64,000 nt of DNA from Candidatus Omnitrophota bacterium. GTDB taxonomy: Bacteria > Omnitrophota > Gorgyraeia > Gygaellales > Profunditerraquicolaceae. Location of the stretch: positions 579,244-643,243 of the forward strand of contig JBAZKC010000001.1 of the NCBI GenBank assembly GCA_041651035.1. The letters are read 5' to 3'. The notes beneath the pieces are model-generated. The model searched no databases and had not been told where the DNA came from. It was given only the letters and a program-made list of their open reading frames with translations. This document shows positions 15,001-30,000 of this stretch, one piece after another; within the stretch, counting starts at the first letter, position 1, and each line of letters opens with the position of its first letter. The position numbers were made by a program, and so were the translations under genes.

Positions 15001-18000
15001 ATAAGGATATCATCCTAGAACAGCCGTTTTCTGGAGGACAGTACCTCAGCTGCGGGCAACTTTATATCAAAGTAGAATCACTTTTGAAAATGTTCGGCTT
15101 AAATCTAAAAGAATATAGAGATATTTCTCAAGATTCTTTAATGAAAAAAATAAAGGCAGTAGCAACTAATATGAGAACCTATGTTGAGATAAAGCCAATC
15201 AATGTAGGGGATAATAATACAATAAAAATGAGGCCAGCAATACAATTTGTCAGGACTATAGAAAACTTTATAAGTTTAAAAGGAATAAATACCGAGTACC
15301 TTTTAATCAATAGGGATGCTTCTAATGATAGAGAAGGCTATTGTCCAGTTAAGAGCATAGGAGATATTGAGTGGAATATCCCAATCGTCTATTCTATATT
15401 CAGACTCGATAATAATGGGAATTTACAAAAGAATTCTAAATTATTTTCCGAAACCGTTGCCTCATCTCCAACCATAGCCTTGAAAGCTAATGGGTTAAAT
15501 AAAATATCCCCTGAAGATTTAGCAAAGTCATTAGGGTTCAAGGTTGTTGACCGAGAAGCCGGATGGATAACATATCGTGAAGATTATCGATATAGTTTAA
15601 ATGATGTCGAACTCGTAATAGTCCCGCATGGTTTAACCGATGCAGATGTGGAGGGAGTACTTCAGGTTTCTAATAAAAATGATGATCCTAGATATGGATT
15701 AAATGAGACAGGCTATAGGCAAGTAGCTCAAGGAGCTAAAATACTTTGGAATAAATATTCAGCAAGAATTAGAGCAGGGCAACTTGTTTGTTATTATAGC
15801 GGCGTAAATAGAACCGTCCAGACTGCACAAGCATTTTTAGATTATGCTAAAAAGATATGCCCGGAGATTGTTATGGATATTAGGATCTCCGATGCGATTA
15901 GAATGAATTTTGGTGCTTGGGAAGGCACCAAAAAATCTCAGATTGATACAATTCTTTCTGAAGAGGAGAAGATTAGAGCTAAGAAATTTATCGGAAAGAA
16001 TGCGTTTATTAGTTCCCGGGACGGTCAGAGTTTTATTGAATATCTATATGTCGTGAAAGAATTCCTAAATAGTCTACAAGAAAAGCATAGAGGCAAGACG
16101 GTTATCATATTCGGTCATGGAATTTTTATCAAGGCAGTTAGAATTATTTTGCGCACAGGTGGTATCATCTCTGATCCATATTTGGATTGGGATAAAGGCG
16201 CACGAAAGTCTTACAAGTTGGGGATGCCGCTAGTTATGAATGATTCTCAGTTGGAAAATGAAGGTAAGATAGAGATTGCTAATATTTGGCGTAAGAATAT
16301 GGCTTACAGGCATTCATCGGAAGAATTAGCTGCTCATGCTGCAAAAATTCGTTTAGAAAGTTTGAAAATATGGCGTAGGCTTAAAGGTCCGCTTGCAGGA
16401 TCTATGTCGGTGGTTGAGCTTTATACTGTTCTCTTTTTAGATTATCTCAACCCTGAGAATTTCCTTTTCAACCATCCTAAGAGGCTAAGGATTATTCCAA
16501 AAGGTTCTGCAGCAAGCACTTTATATGCCGCAGCGGCGCTTACTGGTTTTCTTGATCCGGAGAGAATAAGCAATATTGATAAGGCTGATTTGGAAATTGT
16601 ACCCACTAGATTTACCCTTAGCGATGCTAGTCTTTATAAATTGGGTACTAGTCTAGAACAAGGAATCGGGCTCGCCTTATCTGGCAAAATTAAGAAAATC
16701 GATTTTCCTGTCTTAATTTTCTTATCGGATGGTTCTATGCAGTTAGGTATCGACCATCAAGCAAAATTTGCTGCTCACATGAAACTTAATAATCTCGCTG
16801 TGGTTATTGATATTAACTATTTACAGAATGCGTATAAAATTGAAGATGTCGACCCGACATTGATATATGATAGTTCCGGTTGTTTAGAAAGATTGAGCGC
16901 TTTATGGGAAGCTTATGGTTGGGAAGTCTTGGAAATTGATGGGCATGATTTTGAGCAAATTCATAGTGCTTATGAAAGAATTGGCCAAGGCGAGAAACCA
17001 TTAGTTATTCTAGCAAGGACTATAAAAGGACGGGGAATCCCACAAATAGAAGGCAGTTTGGGTTATAGCCACAAATTCCCTTCCGAAGATGATTATCAAG
17101 ATGCCCTAAACGCATTACAAGATGAGGTTAACAAATATCAGAAATTGGGATATAGCATAGAATATCCTGAATGGGTGTCGGCGCAAAAAATGGTATTTGA
17201 TAATCAAAAACTTACATTGCCCGAGCTTAAGCTTTTTGGAGACCATGGTTTGATACCCATCGCAGATCCAGTATTATTACAGAAAACCCATTTAGAGAAT
17301 ATCCTTAGAATTTGGTTAGAAGAATCTATCTTGTTGAATCCTAATAAAATATTTGTTTTGAATACAGACAATCCATCTCCCTTTGACCTTACGACGCCCA
17401 TAATGTCTCCGGATAATCATTCGTTTCTTATTTTTACCGGTATTAACGAGAGATTTGCCTTAAATCTAGCAGGTGGTATGTTCATTGAAGGATTGTTTCC
17501 TATCTATATCGGACCAGCAGCCCATATGCTTATTAATGCAGAGGACTGGAAAATGTTAGGCTTGGGTAAGCAAAATATCTTAGTTATTTCTAGATCAGCA
17601 GGATCGGATTTGAGTCATTGGGGACCAGGGCATTTAATTTATGAAGATATAGAGTTTTTTAAGAATCCGTGGTGTCAAGTCTTACAACCAGCCCATGCGT
17701 GGGATTTACTATTGATTCTTGAAAATTACTATAGGAAATACTCTAATGGGAAACCCACATATTTAAGGATGCAGGAGATTTATCCTTTTCAAATCCGGGC
17801 AGATTTGTTTGATACTGAGCAGAAACGTAGAAAAATATACGAGGATGGTTTTTATTTAGCTGACTCATTTGAAGAAAATGCTCCATCAGAGCCAGTTGTA
17901 TTTATTGTTAGCGGTAAAACTGTTTTAGAAGCCCTAAAGGCAGGTCAAACTTTGCGTTCTATGGGGATATCTTTTAGAATATTCAATATCATAAATCTGT

Positions 18001-21000
18001 CTTCAATTAACAAAGAAGAGTTACAAAAATTAACAGCTGACGCTAATAGAATTGTTACTGCGATAGATGCTTTACCTCAGAGTCTTTCTTCGTTGATTTA
18101 TGATACTTTACCAGATAAAAGGTCATGCGTTTTGGCATTTGGTATACGGGATGGCGGAGGGTATGAAGCCGAGGCGGATATTTTTTATAGAAATAAAATC
18201 AATGCCCAGAGTTTTGTTGCTTTATGTTTAAATTCCAGTAGCCCAGTCTCTATAAATATTTTTACCACCAAAGAACTTAAAGGGGAACTAGAGATATTAA
18301 AGGGGAGAAAGATTCATATTGATTATCAGAAAGATGTAGATGGGCCTCAGACTGCTGCTAGATTGGTTAAGGATGTTTTCCGACAAGTAGGAGTTATTCT
18401 TAAGGAGGCCAGCAAAGAATCTGAGGTTTGTGTTTGGATTGGCGAGAGTGACGAGTATATGCAATTTTATTTTATCATCTCCGATTGTTTAAATCCAGAA
18501 AAAAGCGTCAGATTTGAATGTGGGCCGCGCGAATTAACAGCATCAATCATGACAGCAGTTTGCCTGTTCTTCAAAGAAGAAGCAGCCACCCATTCTACAA
18601 ATATTATGCAGCTTATTCTTCAACTCGATAGTACCAATAGGGAGCAAAGACAGCAGGCCGGGGACCTTCTTGTAGGACAGTCACAAGAAGCTATTAGGGA
18701 AATCTTGCGTTCTGTAAATGAAATTAATAGGGTAATAATGACAGCCGCGATTTCCGGCGATTTACAAAAGGCGATAGATGGCATGTTATTGTTAGGGCGT
18801 AGGATTGAGATATTAGGCCGCATAGGCAGCGTTGAAGGCATAGAAGCCATCTTAGACGCGTTGGCAGACTCGGCCGTTGCTTTTACAAACACAGGCTTAA
18901 AAGAGGCTGAAGCGCTTAATAAAATTGCCCTTAACGCAATCGTAAATATAGGCAAGCCCGCGGTTCCATACTTAAAAAAGCATATAAATGATTCACGCCG
19001 GCCCGTACGGCAAACAATCTCGTTAGCGCTTTCGCGCATAGAATCTGCCTCTTCACCAATTAGAGGCCTAAGTTATACCGAAACCCTGCTTGACGGCATT
19101 CGGATAATTAAAATAATAATTAATCCAAGCCATTTCAGGCTCAGGGCGTCAATTCAGGGAAATCTTAGTAACAAGATGCACTGGGATGGCCTTGAAGGTA
19201 TTGTTTATGCGGGTAAAGAACCGCTTTTAGACATCAGCAGTCGTATTTGGAGTATTGATAATCATAAATCCAAGATGGCCCCCGGATTTATTGGAGTTGT
19301 TCCTTTCGGCAATATATTATGGCATCCATATTATGTTCTTTATCAAGATGGACGGGCTTATCACAGATACGGAGAAGAAACGAATATCGCGGCGCGCATG
19401 CGTTATCCCACTTTTGTGTTTTATAAAGACGGGACTTTTAAGTTTGAAGATACTGATTTTAACACCATAGATAGGGGTAATGTTCAAACAATTATAGGTA
19501 CTAACTTGGCAATAATACGCGATAGCAGAGAGGCAGCCTTGCGGGATATCCATTTTGAAGACATACGGCATGTTTTTCGTTTCCCTATAATAAAGGTGAA
19601 GTCAGACTCTAAGAGCGCTTACGGCGGCGATATTGCTATCGGCCGCAAAATTATTTATGGAGATGAAGAGGCAAGAATGAAGGCTTACGCCGGCAGGCCT
19701 CTTGAAATTGAACTCAGCCAGTATGGCATTGATTATTTACAGGCTAAAAAAGCTATAGAGTTTGCCAGTTACCGGATGGTGGAAGACAGGAATAAAGTTT
19801 TTGCGCGCGGCGACGCATATTTAGATGCCAGACAGGGCATAGTTAATATTATATTCCAATATTCGCCATACCCGCAGTTTATTATGACTCGGGATGATGA
19901 TTCTAATTTAGTATTTTACGCATTTGGCGGAAAATCAGGGCAGGAAGGCTTAACATTAGGCAGAATCCAAGATTATCTTATTACTGAAGGAGCCAAAGAT
20001 GCGCTGGTGCTTTGTAACGGAAGCGATGTGTTTGTTGAGCTAAATGGCGCTACTATAATGCCAAGCTGGAACGGGAGGGATCGTTTTACTTCGTTGCTGT
20101 TTGTTTATCCTGAAGGAGTAAATAATTCTTTACCTGTTAATAATAAGAAAGTTCCGGTAGGTAGGTTAAAAGTTAAAACCAGTTCTCCTCTCGGCGCCCT
20201 TATATGTACTGAAGGAATTCAGCGGATACTGGCAAGTTCGCCAATAATAATGATACAAGATAATAATTTCCAGCAAGTCTTAAATCAGATAATCGGCTCT
20301 TCATCCCATCCTTCAAACGCACCGCCTGTAATAAGTATCAGCAGTTCTCCCCTCATCCACCGCATCGCTGTTCTCACCGGAGGCGGCCCAGCCTCAGGGC
20401 ATAACGAGGTAATCTACTCCGTGGTCAAGCAAGCCTCAGAGTACGGCATTGACGTAATCGGCATACCTCAAGGATGGCTGGGCTTAGTTGACGAATCACT
20501 GTTAAAAGAGCATAAGGTGCTTACCTTAAGCGACGTAGAGCCTCACCGCTATGAAGGAGGGACTATCCTTGGCACCAGCCGCACTAATCCTTATCTCAGC
20601 AAAAAAGACCCCAAATACAATATAGAGAACTACAACAGCAAAGAAGCGGCCCTAAAGGCATTCCAGGATGATGAACTCAAAGCCAGCCAGCTCTTGCTTA
20701 ATAACCTGCACAAGTTACACATAGATGCCTTGGTTACATGTGGCGGAGACGACACCAACTCCGTATCCTATATGCTCTTTAATCATACCGGCTTCCCGAT
20801 CATCGGTATGCCTAAGACCATGGATAATGACATAGCTTTCCCTGAACCAGACGCAGACACCTACGGTTTTGACAGCTTCGTGAAAGCGGCAATTCCCATG
20901 GTGCAGGCAGGCATAATTGATGCCCAATCCACCAACCGTCTCTTACTGGTAGAAGTCTTTGGCCGTAACGCCGGTTTTGTGGCTATGGCCATAGGGGCAG

Positions 21001-24000
21001 CGGTAGGAGCTACCCGCACCTTGATTCCTGAAGAAGGTAAACTTGATATAGCCAACATTGCCCAGCAGATAGCCGCTTACCATAAAGAAAACAACTATTC
21101 TGTGGTTATCCTCTCTGAAGGTATCAAGGTCATCCGCGACTTTGCCGACAATAACCGTATCCTGGAAGCAGCTTTTAGCAATGATCCTTTAGCCAGGGCT
21201 GCCTATGAGATGGCGGCAAAGTCCGCACCTGACCAATTCGGCCATCCCAAGCTGCAGAATGCAGACATCATCATGGCCGCAGCCTTAAAGGCAGCCTTCA
21301 AAGAACACAAAGAAAGAATAGATATCAGCCGTTCAGGCAAGTTAGACTACCTTATCCGCTCCGCTCCCACCTCAGAGAAAGACCTCAACATGTGCCGCCT
21401 CCTGGGTGAATCCGCTGTAGAAATGCTCTTAGAAGGAGAAAAAGGAGCCATTGTCTACTACCACCAGGGCCAAGCTAAGACCTTAGCGCTTACTCCTAAA
21501 TTAGGCGGCAGGACAGTTGACATAGAATCAGCCCATAGAGAAGAATACCTTAAGGCTAATCAGGCGTTTAAGATAATAACCAGCTCCCCACTTGGCTCCC
21601 TTGTCCGTACTGAAACAAGACAGTCAAGTTCTCCCTTTTCAAAAACCCTGCTCACTTTCTCTTTAACAGCCCTACTGTTTATATTTTCCTTCTTCCCCAC
21701 CTCCGCCTTTGCCCACTACTTCAAGGACACCCCCCAGGGTAGGGTAGCGGTAGTGGAAGAATGGTCCTCAAAGGATCCCCAGGTAAACACCTTAGGCGGC
21801 ATCGGCAAGGATATACTGGAAGCAAGAGGCGAAGAAGCCACCCTGGAAGCTCTTTACGGCAAAGACGGCAACAGTGGCATAGTAAGAGAGCTTAAGGATG
21901 TTAATAATCTTCCCACTGACTTAGTTTCCCCTGGCCAAGAAATCAAAGTGCCAGCAAAAGATGTCCCTGTAGCAAAAGAACAGCCAGCCCCTTCCCCTAA
22001 AGAAGAGATTAACGAGTCAGAGCGACAAGTTAAATCTCAAGATAAACAAGACAAGAAAGAAGCAAAAGAAGTGGCAGGCAAGCATAGAAGTTATCTTCTC
22101 TGGGCCTTGTTTGGCGGCGCTGTTATTTGCTTAGGTTCAGCATTCCTTCTGATATTGGGTAAGTTCAAGTCTAAGAAAAAAGTAACGCCGCCAGCAGAGA
22201 AAGAAAGTGGAAAGCTTTATACTCCAACTCCTACTGCAGACTGGTCCTCCAAGCTCGGCCTTCAGGAATCCGACCGCATCCATATGACCGGCCTGCAGCG
22301 TAAGCAGCGTAAACTACAGTCTCTGACCCCAGATGAGCAGTCAAAACAGCAGTTGGAGATCGGTGCAAACTTTCTGCCCTCCGCGCTCTTAACAGACCAG
22401 CAGCGCAAAGAAAAGCTCGGTGCCGAAGAATTTACCGTCATTGAAGAAGATACAGAAAATGCCTCTTTTGCCAAAGACAACGTAGCAGTTAGCTGCCATC
22501 CCATGGATGGAGGCTTAGGCACTGGCGTTGTCCGGGAAGACTACCTTGAGATTGATTTAGGGCGCCCCAAAGATGATCCTAAGACTAATCGGGCAAAGCT
22601 AGGGGCCAAGGCCACAGACCTTTTTATTGACTTTATCGCAAAAGGAAAAGACGCACAAGGTAATCCTGAAGATGTCCCGGTAAAAGTCTCTATTGCCGAA
22701 ATCAAGTTCCTGCGTGTCATAAAGGATGCCCCGTTATTTAGCGAAGTAGTTTTCCAGCCGCTGGTAAATGACGACTCCGCGCCTTCCTACCATAAACTTT
22801 TAGACAGTGTTTACCTGGAAGATGTCATTGATAATACCGTCAGCGAAAAGAGGGCCTACAGGCAGGTCCTGGCAGAAAAGGGCATTAAGCTTGCTAAGGG
22901 CGACAATGATGAGGTGATGCTTTATCAGAAGGACTTACCTATTATAGATATCGAGACCGGGGAATTGACCGATAAGTTTACCGCACCCGGCGGCCATGGC
23001 CAGTGGGGGGTAAGGCTCTTATATGAGGCCTTAGGCTTCAGGCAGCCTGAAGGTGATAAGAAAAGCTATATCCGGGCCTTCTACAACGGCGACGGCATTG
23101 CCAACTTCCCGCCTGCCTCTGTCTTAGGCTGGATGGCCAGAAATAAGGTTCCCATCATTATGATCTCTACCACCAAGGCAGGGTTAGATAAGAAAGGCGG
23201 TCAGATTGGTATTCAGAGACTGCCTGACGGCAGCTTCCGTATACAGATGCTTGAGTTAGCCCAGGCCAAGAAGCCCGGCAAAGATCATGAAGAGCTTTTC
23301 TACTCTATCGGCCTGGAAGGAAATCCCAATATCCCGGGCAAAGATATCCTGGGTAAGGATCCCGAAAAAGACTATACCTACACCAACCAGCCAGGGGCTC
23401 AGTATTTTAACACCAATATCGCCTTGATTAACTACAGCGTGCTTGCTCCTATACTCCAGGAGCTAGCCAAAGAAGAAAACGTAGAGTTTGAAGGAGAAAC
23501 CTTAAGCGGCAGAGAGCTCATTGAGCGCATCATTTCACCTGATTTGATTGAAAACGTCAAGGACAAGAAAGACGGCCGCAAATACACCCAGTTAGAAGGG
23601 GCTATCGGCTCAAGCCTACTTAATCTGAATGCCTTCCTGACCAGCCGCGGTAAGCCGATCCTTAGGGTGGTAAATGTACCTACCGATCTAAGGAGTGAGG
23701 TCTTTACCCCGGTAAAGAATGCCTTTGATTTCATCTTCCAGAACCTTTCTGATTACTATGTGGTAGACCAGGAAAACTGGACTCTACGCGACAGAAGCAA
23801 GGGCCAGGTGCCCCCCTTGGTGGACCTTAAAGAAGATAAATTCTACGCCAATGTCCATAACTGCATCAATGCCTTCGGCAAACTCGCGCTTATTAGCTTA
23901 GAGCATTTGAGCATTGAAGGCAGGGTGCAGCTAAAAGATGCTACCTTAAAGGGTGAAGTTAAGATAATCAGCAAATACCCAGAGGTATTTGACTTGAATT

Positions 24001-27000
24001 CCCCTGAATCCAGAAAGCAGCTTAATCAGGAAGGCGAGCAGCCGTTAATCCTTGAAGATATTAAAATTAACATTAGTGAAGATGGGAAAATGGACATAAG
24101 TGGTGCAAGTTCTCCTCTACGGGTTCCCTTGCAGCAAGTCCGCTCCAGCAGCCCGATAGATTTATTTACCATTAAAGATTTTGTATCCCAGCATCCGATT
24201 TTAACTGTTATTGCTGTTTATGTATCGTGGAAATTATTGAAATTGGTCGGTAAATGGCAGAGAACTATGGCAGCAATAATGCATTATCGGCTTAAACCGC
24301 AAGAACTTAAGTATTTAAAAAATAAGTACCCTACCTTTTTGCAAAATGAAGGGTATTACAGGAAGGTTCTTGATAGATTAGTGTGTGATAGAATAAACTC
24401 TGGAGATTGGGGTAAAGTTTTAAAGGGTGTAGAGGTTATTAATAGACGTTGGGAATATGTATATAATCCTCAAGAGTCCATCTCTTTCAAATATGTTATC
24501 AGCCGACCCGAACCCTATATGTCGAAACAGTTAGTTGTTAAGAAAATGACTTTCTATCCCCATTTTATAGAGCGTCTAAGTCTTCTTTATGAGGTATGGC
24601 CGGAAATGGCAGAGGAAATAATAGATGCAATGCTTACTCATGAAGAAGGCCACCTGCGTAACTATTACAAATTTATGGAAGGCAGTATATCGGGAAAATA
24701 TCTGGACGAAAATGATGAAAAACTCGCCTTTGATCATCTTAAAAATGAAAAAGGAGAGAGGGCCATGGCCCTGACAACATGTTGGTTCCAGGCCTATATG
24801 AATCCTTCTTATGAGCTAGAGATGCACTCTCGGGAGTATTTCTCTGAGTTTAGGCCGATTTTCTTTACTTTAACCCCTCAGGTCTTGGATTTAATTTTAG
24901 GCATAGAAAGAGAATATCAAAAGAGATTGGCTTTATCTAGACTATCGAAAGAAGGGGGTGTCTCTAGTAGCCCCATTGTAACAAACGGCGATCTTTACGG
25001 CTACTTGTCGGCTCCACTCAAGACTATCAGCCCAGCCATTAATTACGATGTTAGTCCTGAAGAATACCAGGAACAGCTGAATAGGAATTTTGCGGATAAA
25101 GACGCCGAGACAGAAAAAGTCCTTAAGCTTTCGCAGGCCAAGCTAAACCGGCTGATGCAGAAAAACAGAATGGTTTTCTTGCCTACCTTGGAAAGAAACC
25201 GCGAGCATTCTGCGTTCATAAGCATTGATCTCGGAGACGCTATCGCATTAAATAGATACGCATTGGATATTCAGGGCATAGTTCTGCAAAGTATCGGGGA
25301 TATAGACAAGATAAGGTTTAGTGATGTATCTAAGCTGCACGTCAGCTTAGTCAATAATACGATTGGCAATCAGACTGTAGATATCAGCAATAAGGCGCTA
25401 AGCACTCTTTATTTAGAACACATGGAGGCTTTTGCATCCCTTACTGCCTTTGATGTGAATATTTGCGGCCCACATCTTATGCCGCCCCTATCCATTGTGC
25501 TTGAGGTGAGAACTAATGCTCCTCAGCTTAAAGCTTTTAGAAAGCAAGCCCAGGAGATTTTGGACAGAACCGCCCCTCAAGAAGGCGTCATTGGATTCGT
25601 CCCTGATATCACCCATATATCCTTAGGTTATATTGTTGAGACACAGCGCAGAGAACTACAAGAGCTTTATCGACTCTTAGAACAGATAAAGAAAGACGCC
25701 GTGCCGTTTCCGGTGACCGCATCTCAGGTCCAGATAATCGCGTCAATTAATAAAATGATGGTAAATGATGGGGCAATAACAGTTACCTTGCCATGCTCCT
25801 CCAGCCCGCTGGAGAAGAAAGGCTCTTTTGTATCCAGCCTGAAGCGGACACTACGATCCCTGCTCAAGCAGGTCAGCAAGCTGCCCATAGATAAGATACT
25901 CAATTTAACTCCTTTAATCGGCTTAACCCTGTTGTTCAGCGCCTGTATTGTTATAGATAATGCCCCGCGGGATCCGGAAGTCGAAGCGCTTAAAGCCAAA
26001 GCGCTCAGGTACGGACTCCTCTTTGCGTTCGTTGTGGCGTTCTTACCTCTGTACCTAGCGCCTATTGATAGAGCTGTACGCTATATTGCGCGCTCTATTA
26101 AATCCCTGATGACCATAGAAAAGAAAGGTCCACCCGCTGCAACCCCTGGGCAAAAGACCCCCGCGGCAAGAGATAAGGATAAAGCTTCCTCCAACCCGGT
26201 ATCCGTTATTAATAATGAAAATATTCCTTGTGTTATTTGTGGATCAAAAAATATCACTGTCCTCTTAGAGAGATATTTAAATGATCATTACTGCCGGTTA
26301 GTTAAATGCAATGAATGCGGTTTAGTTTGTGCCAACCCAATGCCTTCATTACAGCAATTAAGAAAAATCTATTCAGAGGGTTACTTCTTAAGTGCGAATC
26401 CGCACATTATAGGTTACAGAGATTATTTAGAAGAGAAAGATATAAGGATTAAAAATTACAGTTATCTTTTAAACATGTTAAATGAATTTAAAGCTCAAAA
26501 AGGCAGATTATTAGATATTGGCGCAGCTTTTGGCTATTTCCTGGTTGCCGCAAGAAACGCAGGCTGGCAGGTTATTGGCACGGAGATTTCTTCCTATGCC
26601 AGGGGTATGGCAAGAACTCTCTTTGATCTAGATATATTGCCTTTAGAAACTATAAAAACAGCGGGATTCCCCAGCAACACATTTGATGTAATTACGTTAT
26701 TTGATGTGTTGGAGCATTTCTCTAATCCATTGGAAGAACTATTAGAAATAAACAGAGTTTTTAAAAAAGACGGTGTTCTTCTATTGAGGGTTCCTGTATT
26801 AGATGATCGTGGGCTAGAAGGCCCTATAGTGAAAGCCGGTCACTTATTTTATTTTACCATTCCCACGCTTGAACTCTTGCTTCGAAAAGCAAATTTTAAA
26901 GATTTAAGAATTTACGGTGATCCTTTTAATAGCGATATATCCCATGTAGTTATTGCTGGAAAAGTTTCGAAGAAAGCTTCTGCGCCGGCGACTCATAAAG

Positions 27001-30000
27001 AAAAATCCAGTTCTCCCTTGGGGGCGCTGCTGTGTACCCAATTGAAGCAGAAAGGTCGCTCCAGTCCTTCGACTCGCTATGCCAATAGGATGAATAGCTC
27101 GCTCAGGACTAATGGCGAGCGAAGCCGAACCACCAGCTCGCCGGTTATAATACTTCCCTCAAAGAGACAGCTTAAGAGTTTAACCTGGGGGTTCTACGTA
27201 TTTGAAATCCCTGAATCCCAGGTAGGCGGCATTGCCGATGTTGCCATGGGCCTGCCCGAGGAAATAGTAAGGGCAGAGACCGGCGACGGAAGGCCGCACA
27301 GGGTATTCAGGGTTTCTCCTTATTATCAAGGCATGGAGGCCATGACCAATGGCGTTCCTCTTTCAAGCCTAAAGGAAGTCTGTCAGTATCGTATTCCTTA
27401 TCAAGAAGGTATCGAGATTGTAGAGGTGTTTAAGCGAACGCTTGACAGCGGGATTACCGATTATTTCCTGGTAAACCCGATATTTAACCGCGCTTATGAT
27501 AAGTCCGACCAGAATAATCCTGACGGCGCCATCAAAGAAATAGCCCTCTTTAATATGGCCTCTGCCATGCTGCTTATTTCAGGAGAGACAGCTGCGGATG
27601 TAATGTTTTTAGCTGACTGGCAGACAGGATTAGTTATCCCCTACCTTAGAGAAGAAGCCTTGTCTGAGTCGCGGGCAGCATTGAGAAGAATAGAGATCAT
27701 GAAGGGCTTCCGAAAATTTAAGGCAGCTAGTTTGGTAGATGCTTTTATAAACAGAAGGTCGCTAGAGAAAATAGTGCCTATCTGCTGGATTAATAACGAG
27801 GCCTATCGCGGACAGTTCGCGATTACCGGAAAAGAAGATTTTGAAAAGAAGACCGGACTATTCGGCCAGGAGAATTTTGAATGGGCGCGTTGGACTACTC
27901 CGGGTCGGGAAGACGAAGTCTTTATGGTTATCCTAAAGCTGGCTGTGGAAAGCATTGCTGCCACAGGAGGAAGGATAGTTACGGTAAGCGATACTTATGC
28001 CAAGGAAATTATGGGACAAGACCTTTATGCCGGAGAGTATCCGGGGATGTTGCACGGAGTTTTAAGACGCACCAAGGTAACCGGGATCTTAAATGGCGTA
28101 AGTCTTAACTGGAGATATGTCCATGACATCAGGGAAAAAAGAGAGAAGAAATTAGCCCTGCAGGGAAGCCTGGGATTAGAGAGGGAAGGTTCAAGCAGGC
28201 TGGTCTTTATGGTAAGCCGGCTGGTGAGCCAAAAGGGTATATCCTTGTTTGTGGACGGCGCAAAACAGATAGCCTTTTTACTTAAGAGATATCCTAAAAT
28301 GCAACTGGTTTTAGGGGGGCCGCCTGAAAAGTACTGGTTGAGCCGCTTGGAAGGACTCAAATCATTTTTACAATCAAAATTTCCGAAAAGGGTAAAAATA
28401 ATTTTGGACTTCCTCCCCGCGGAAGGTTTAACCAAAGATCTTTTAATCGGCGGAGACATCAATCTGTTTCCTTCTCTATATGAGCCTTGCGGTACCGTAG
28501 GCAAAGCAGCCATTAATATGGATGTAACTATAGCTCGGTTGACCGGAGGTATTCGCGAGAGCGCAACGGAAGTAGATATTCTTAAAAATACAGGAAATGC
28601 CTTTACCTTCGAGGATTATACGCCCGAAGCACTTATTGAGGCCTGGCAAAGAGGTATGGATTTAAGCCTGGATGAAGAAGTATGGCAGGGTATACAGGAA
28701 GCTACCCCCCAGACAGTAATAACATGGGAAACGCAATTCCAGAAGTATGCCAGATTAATATATGAGGCGCGTAGGGCTAAAGGGCTGGAAGCCAGCTCGC
28801 CGCTGGCGGCCCCTGACAAGGCCGGATTATCCTGGATCCAGCGGCACGCGCCGCTTTTAAAAGATAAGATCATAGTAACCATTTCTATGGAGGGCAATAT
28901 TCCTGAATTCGTCGGTAATATTGCCCAGGATGCCAATACCAAGGGCGGGTTAGGGGCGTATTTTGGAGATAAGCTTGAGGGTCTGGCTAAAATAGGCATG
29001 CAGGCCTTTGGCATACAGCCGGCATATTCCATTATGGAAAACGAAGGTAGAGGTGTAAAGCTGGCAGTGGATTATGAACAGCTTATTCGGCAAGGCATTG
29101 TCCAGAGGCTTCTTGATAAGAATGGCAATCCGATGGTGCTTTCTGTAACGAGCTGGTATGACAATAATAATGATAATGACAAGAACGGGCTTCATCAGGA
29201 TCGCTGCGTAGAGATGCAAGTCCTTAAAGTCAATCGCGGAGGAACTCCGCTGTTTTTATTAGTCTGTCCCGAAGTTTTTGACGTGCTTTATACCACCAAC
29301 AGGGTGCACCGTTTCACCCAGGAGATGGTTTTCGGAAAAGCTGTTTATCAGTTATTGACCAGGCTTAATATTGTCCCGGATATTCTGCATTTAAACGAAG
29401 CGCATACAGTAGTAGCCGCGGCTAAAATAAGAAGCGACGATAATTTTAAGAAGACCAGGGTCGTCTATACCAACCACACTGTTGTTCCTCCGGGAATGGA
29501 AATTTTCCGTGAAATAACCGAGCAAAAGATCGTCAACCGCATGATGTATTTAATCGATGAAAGTCACAAGCTTAATGAAAAATTCATCAAAAAGGGCATT
29601 GTTGATTTCTGTTATGCTGCCACTCAACTGGCAGATATCATTAACGCAGTCAGCGATGAGCATGCTCTCAACACTAGGAAGCTCTTTGAGAATGTATACA
29701 AAGAGCAGTACGGGGAGGAATTTGACAAGCAAGTTATCGCTATCTTAAACGGCTCAGGGGATTTCTGGCTGAGCGATGCTTTGGTGGTGATTCATAACAC
29801 AGGAAGGCTGGCTACTAGAGAGGAAATTTGCAGCATCCATGAATCCTCAGAGAAAGAGGCCCTGGAAGAAATCAGGGTACGCACAGTTAGTTCCTATGAT
29901 CCTGAAGGGATAAAGCTTGACCCCAACAAGCCGACCATTTGGGCAGTAAGAAGAATCGTAGACTATAAGAGTCAGTATCCTATGTTGCGGTTCCTGGTGC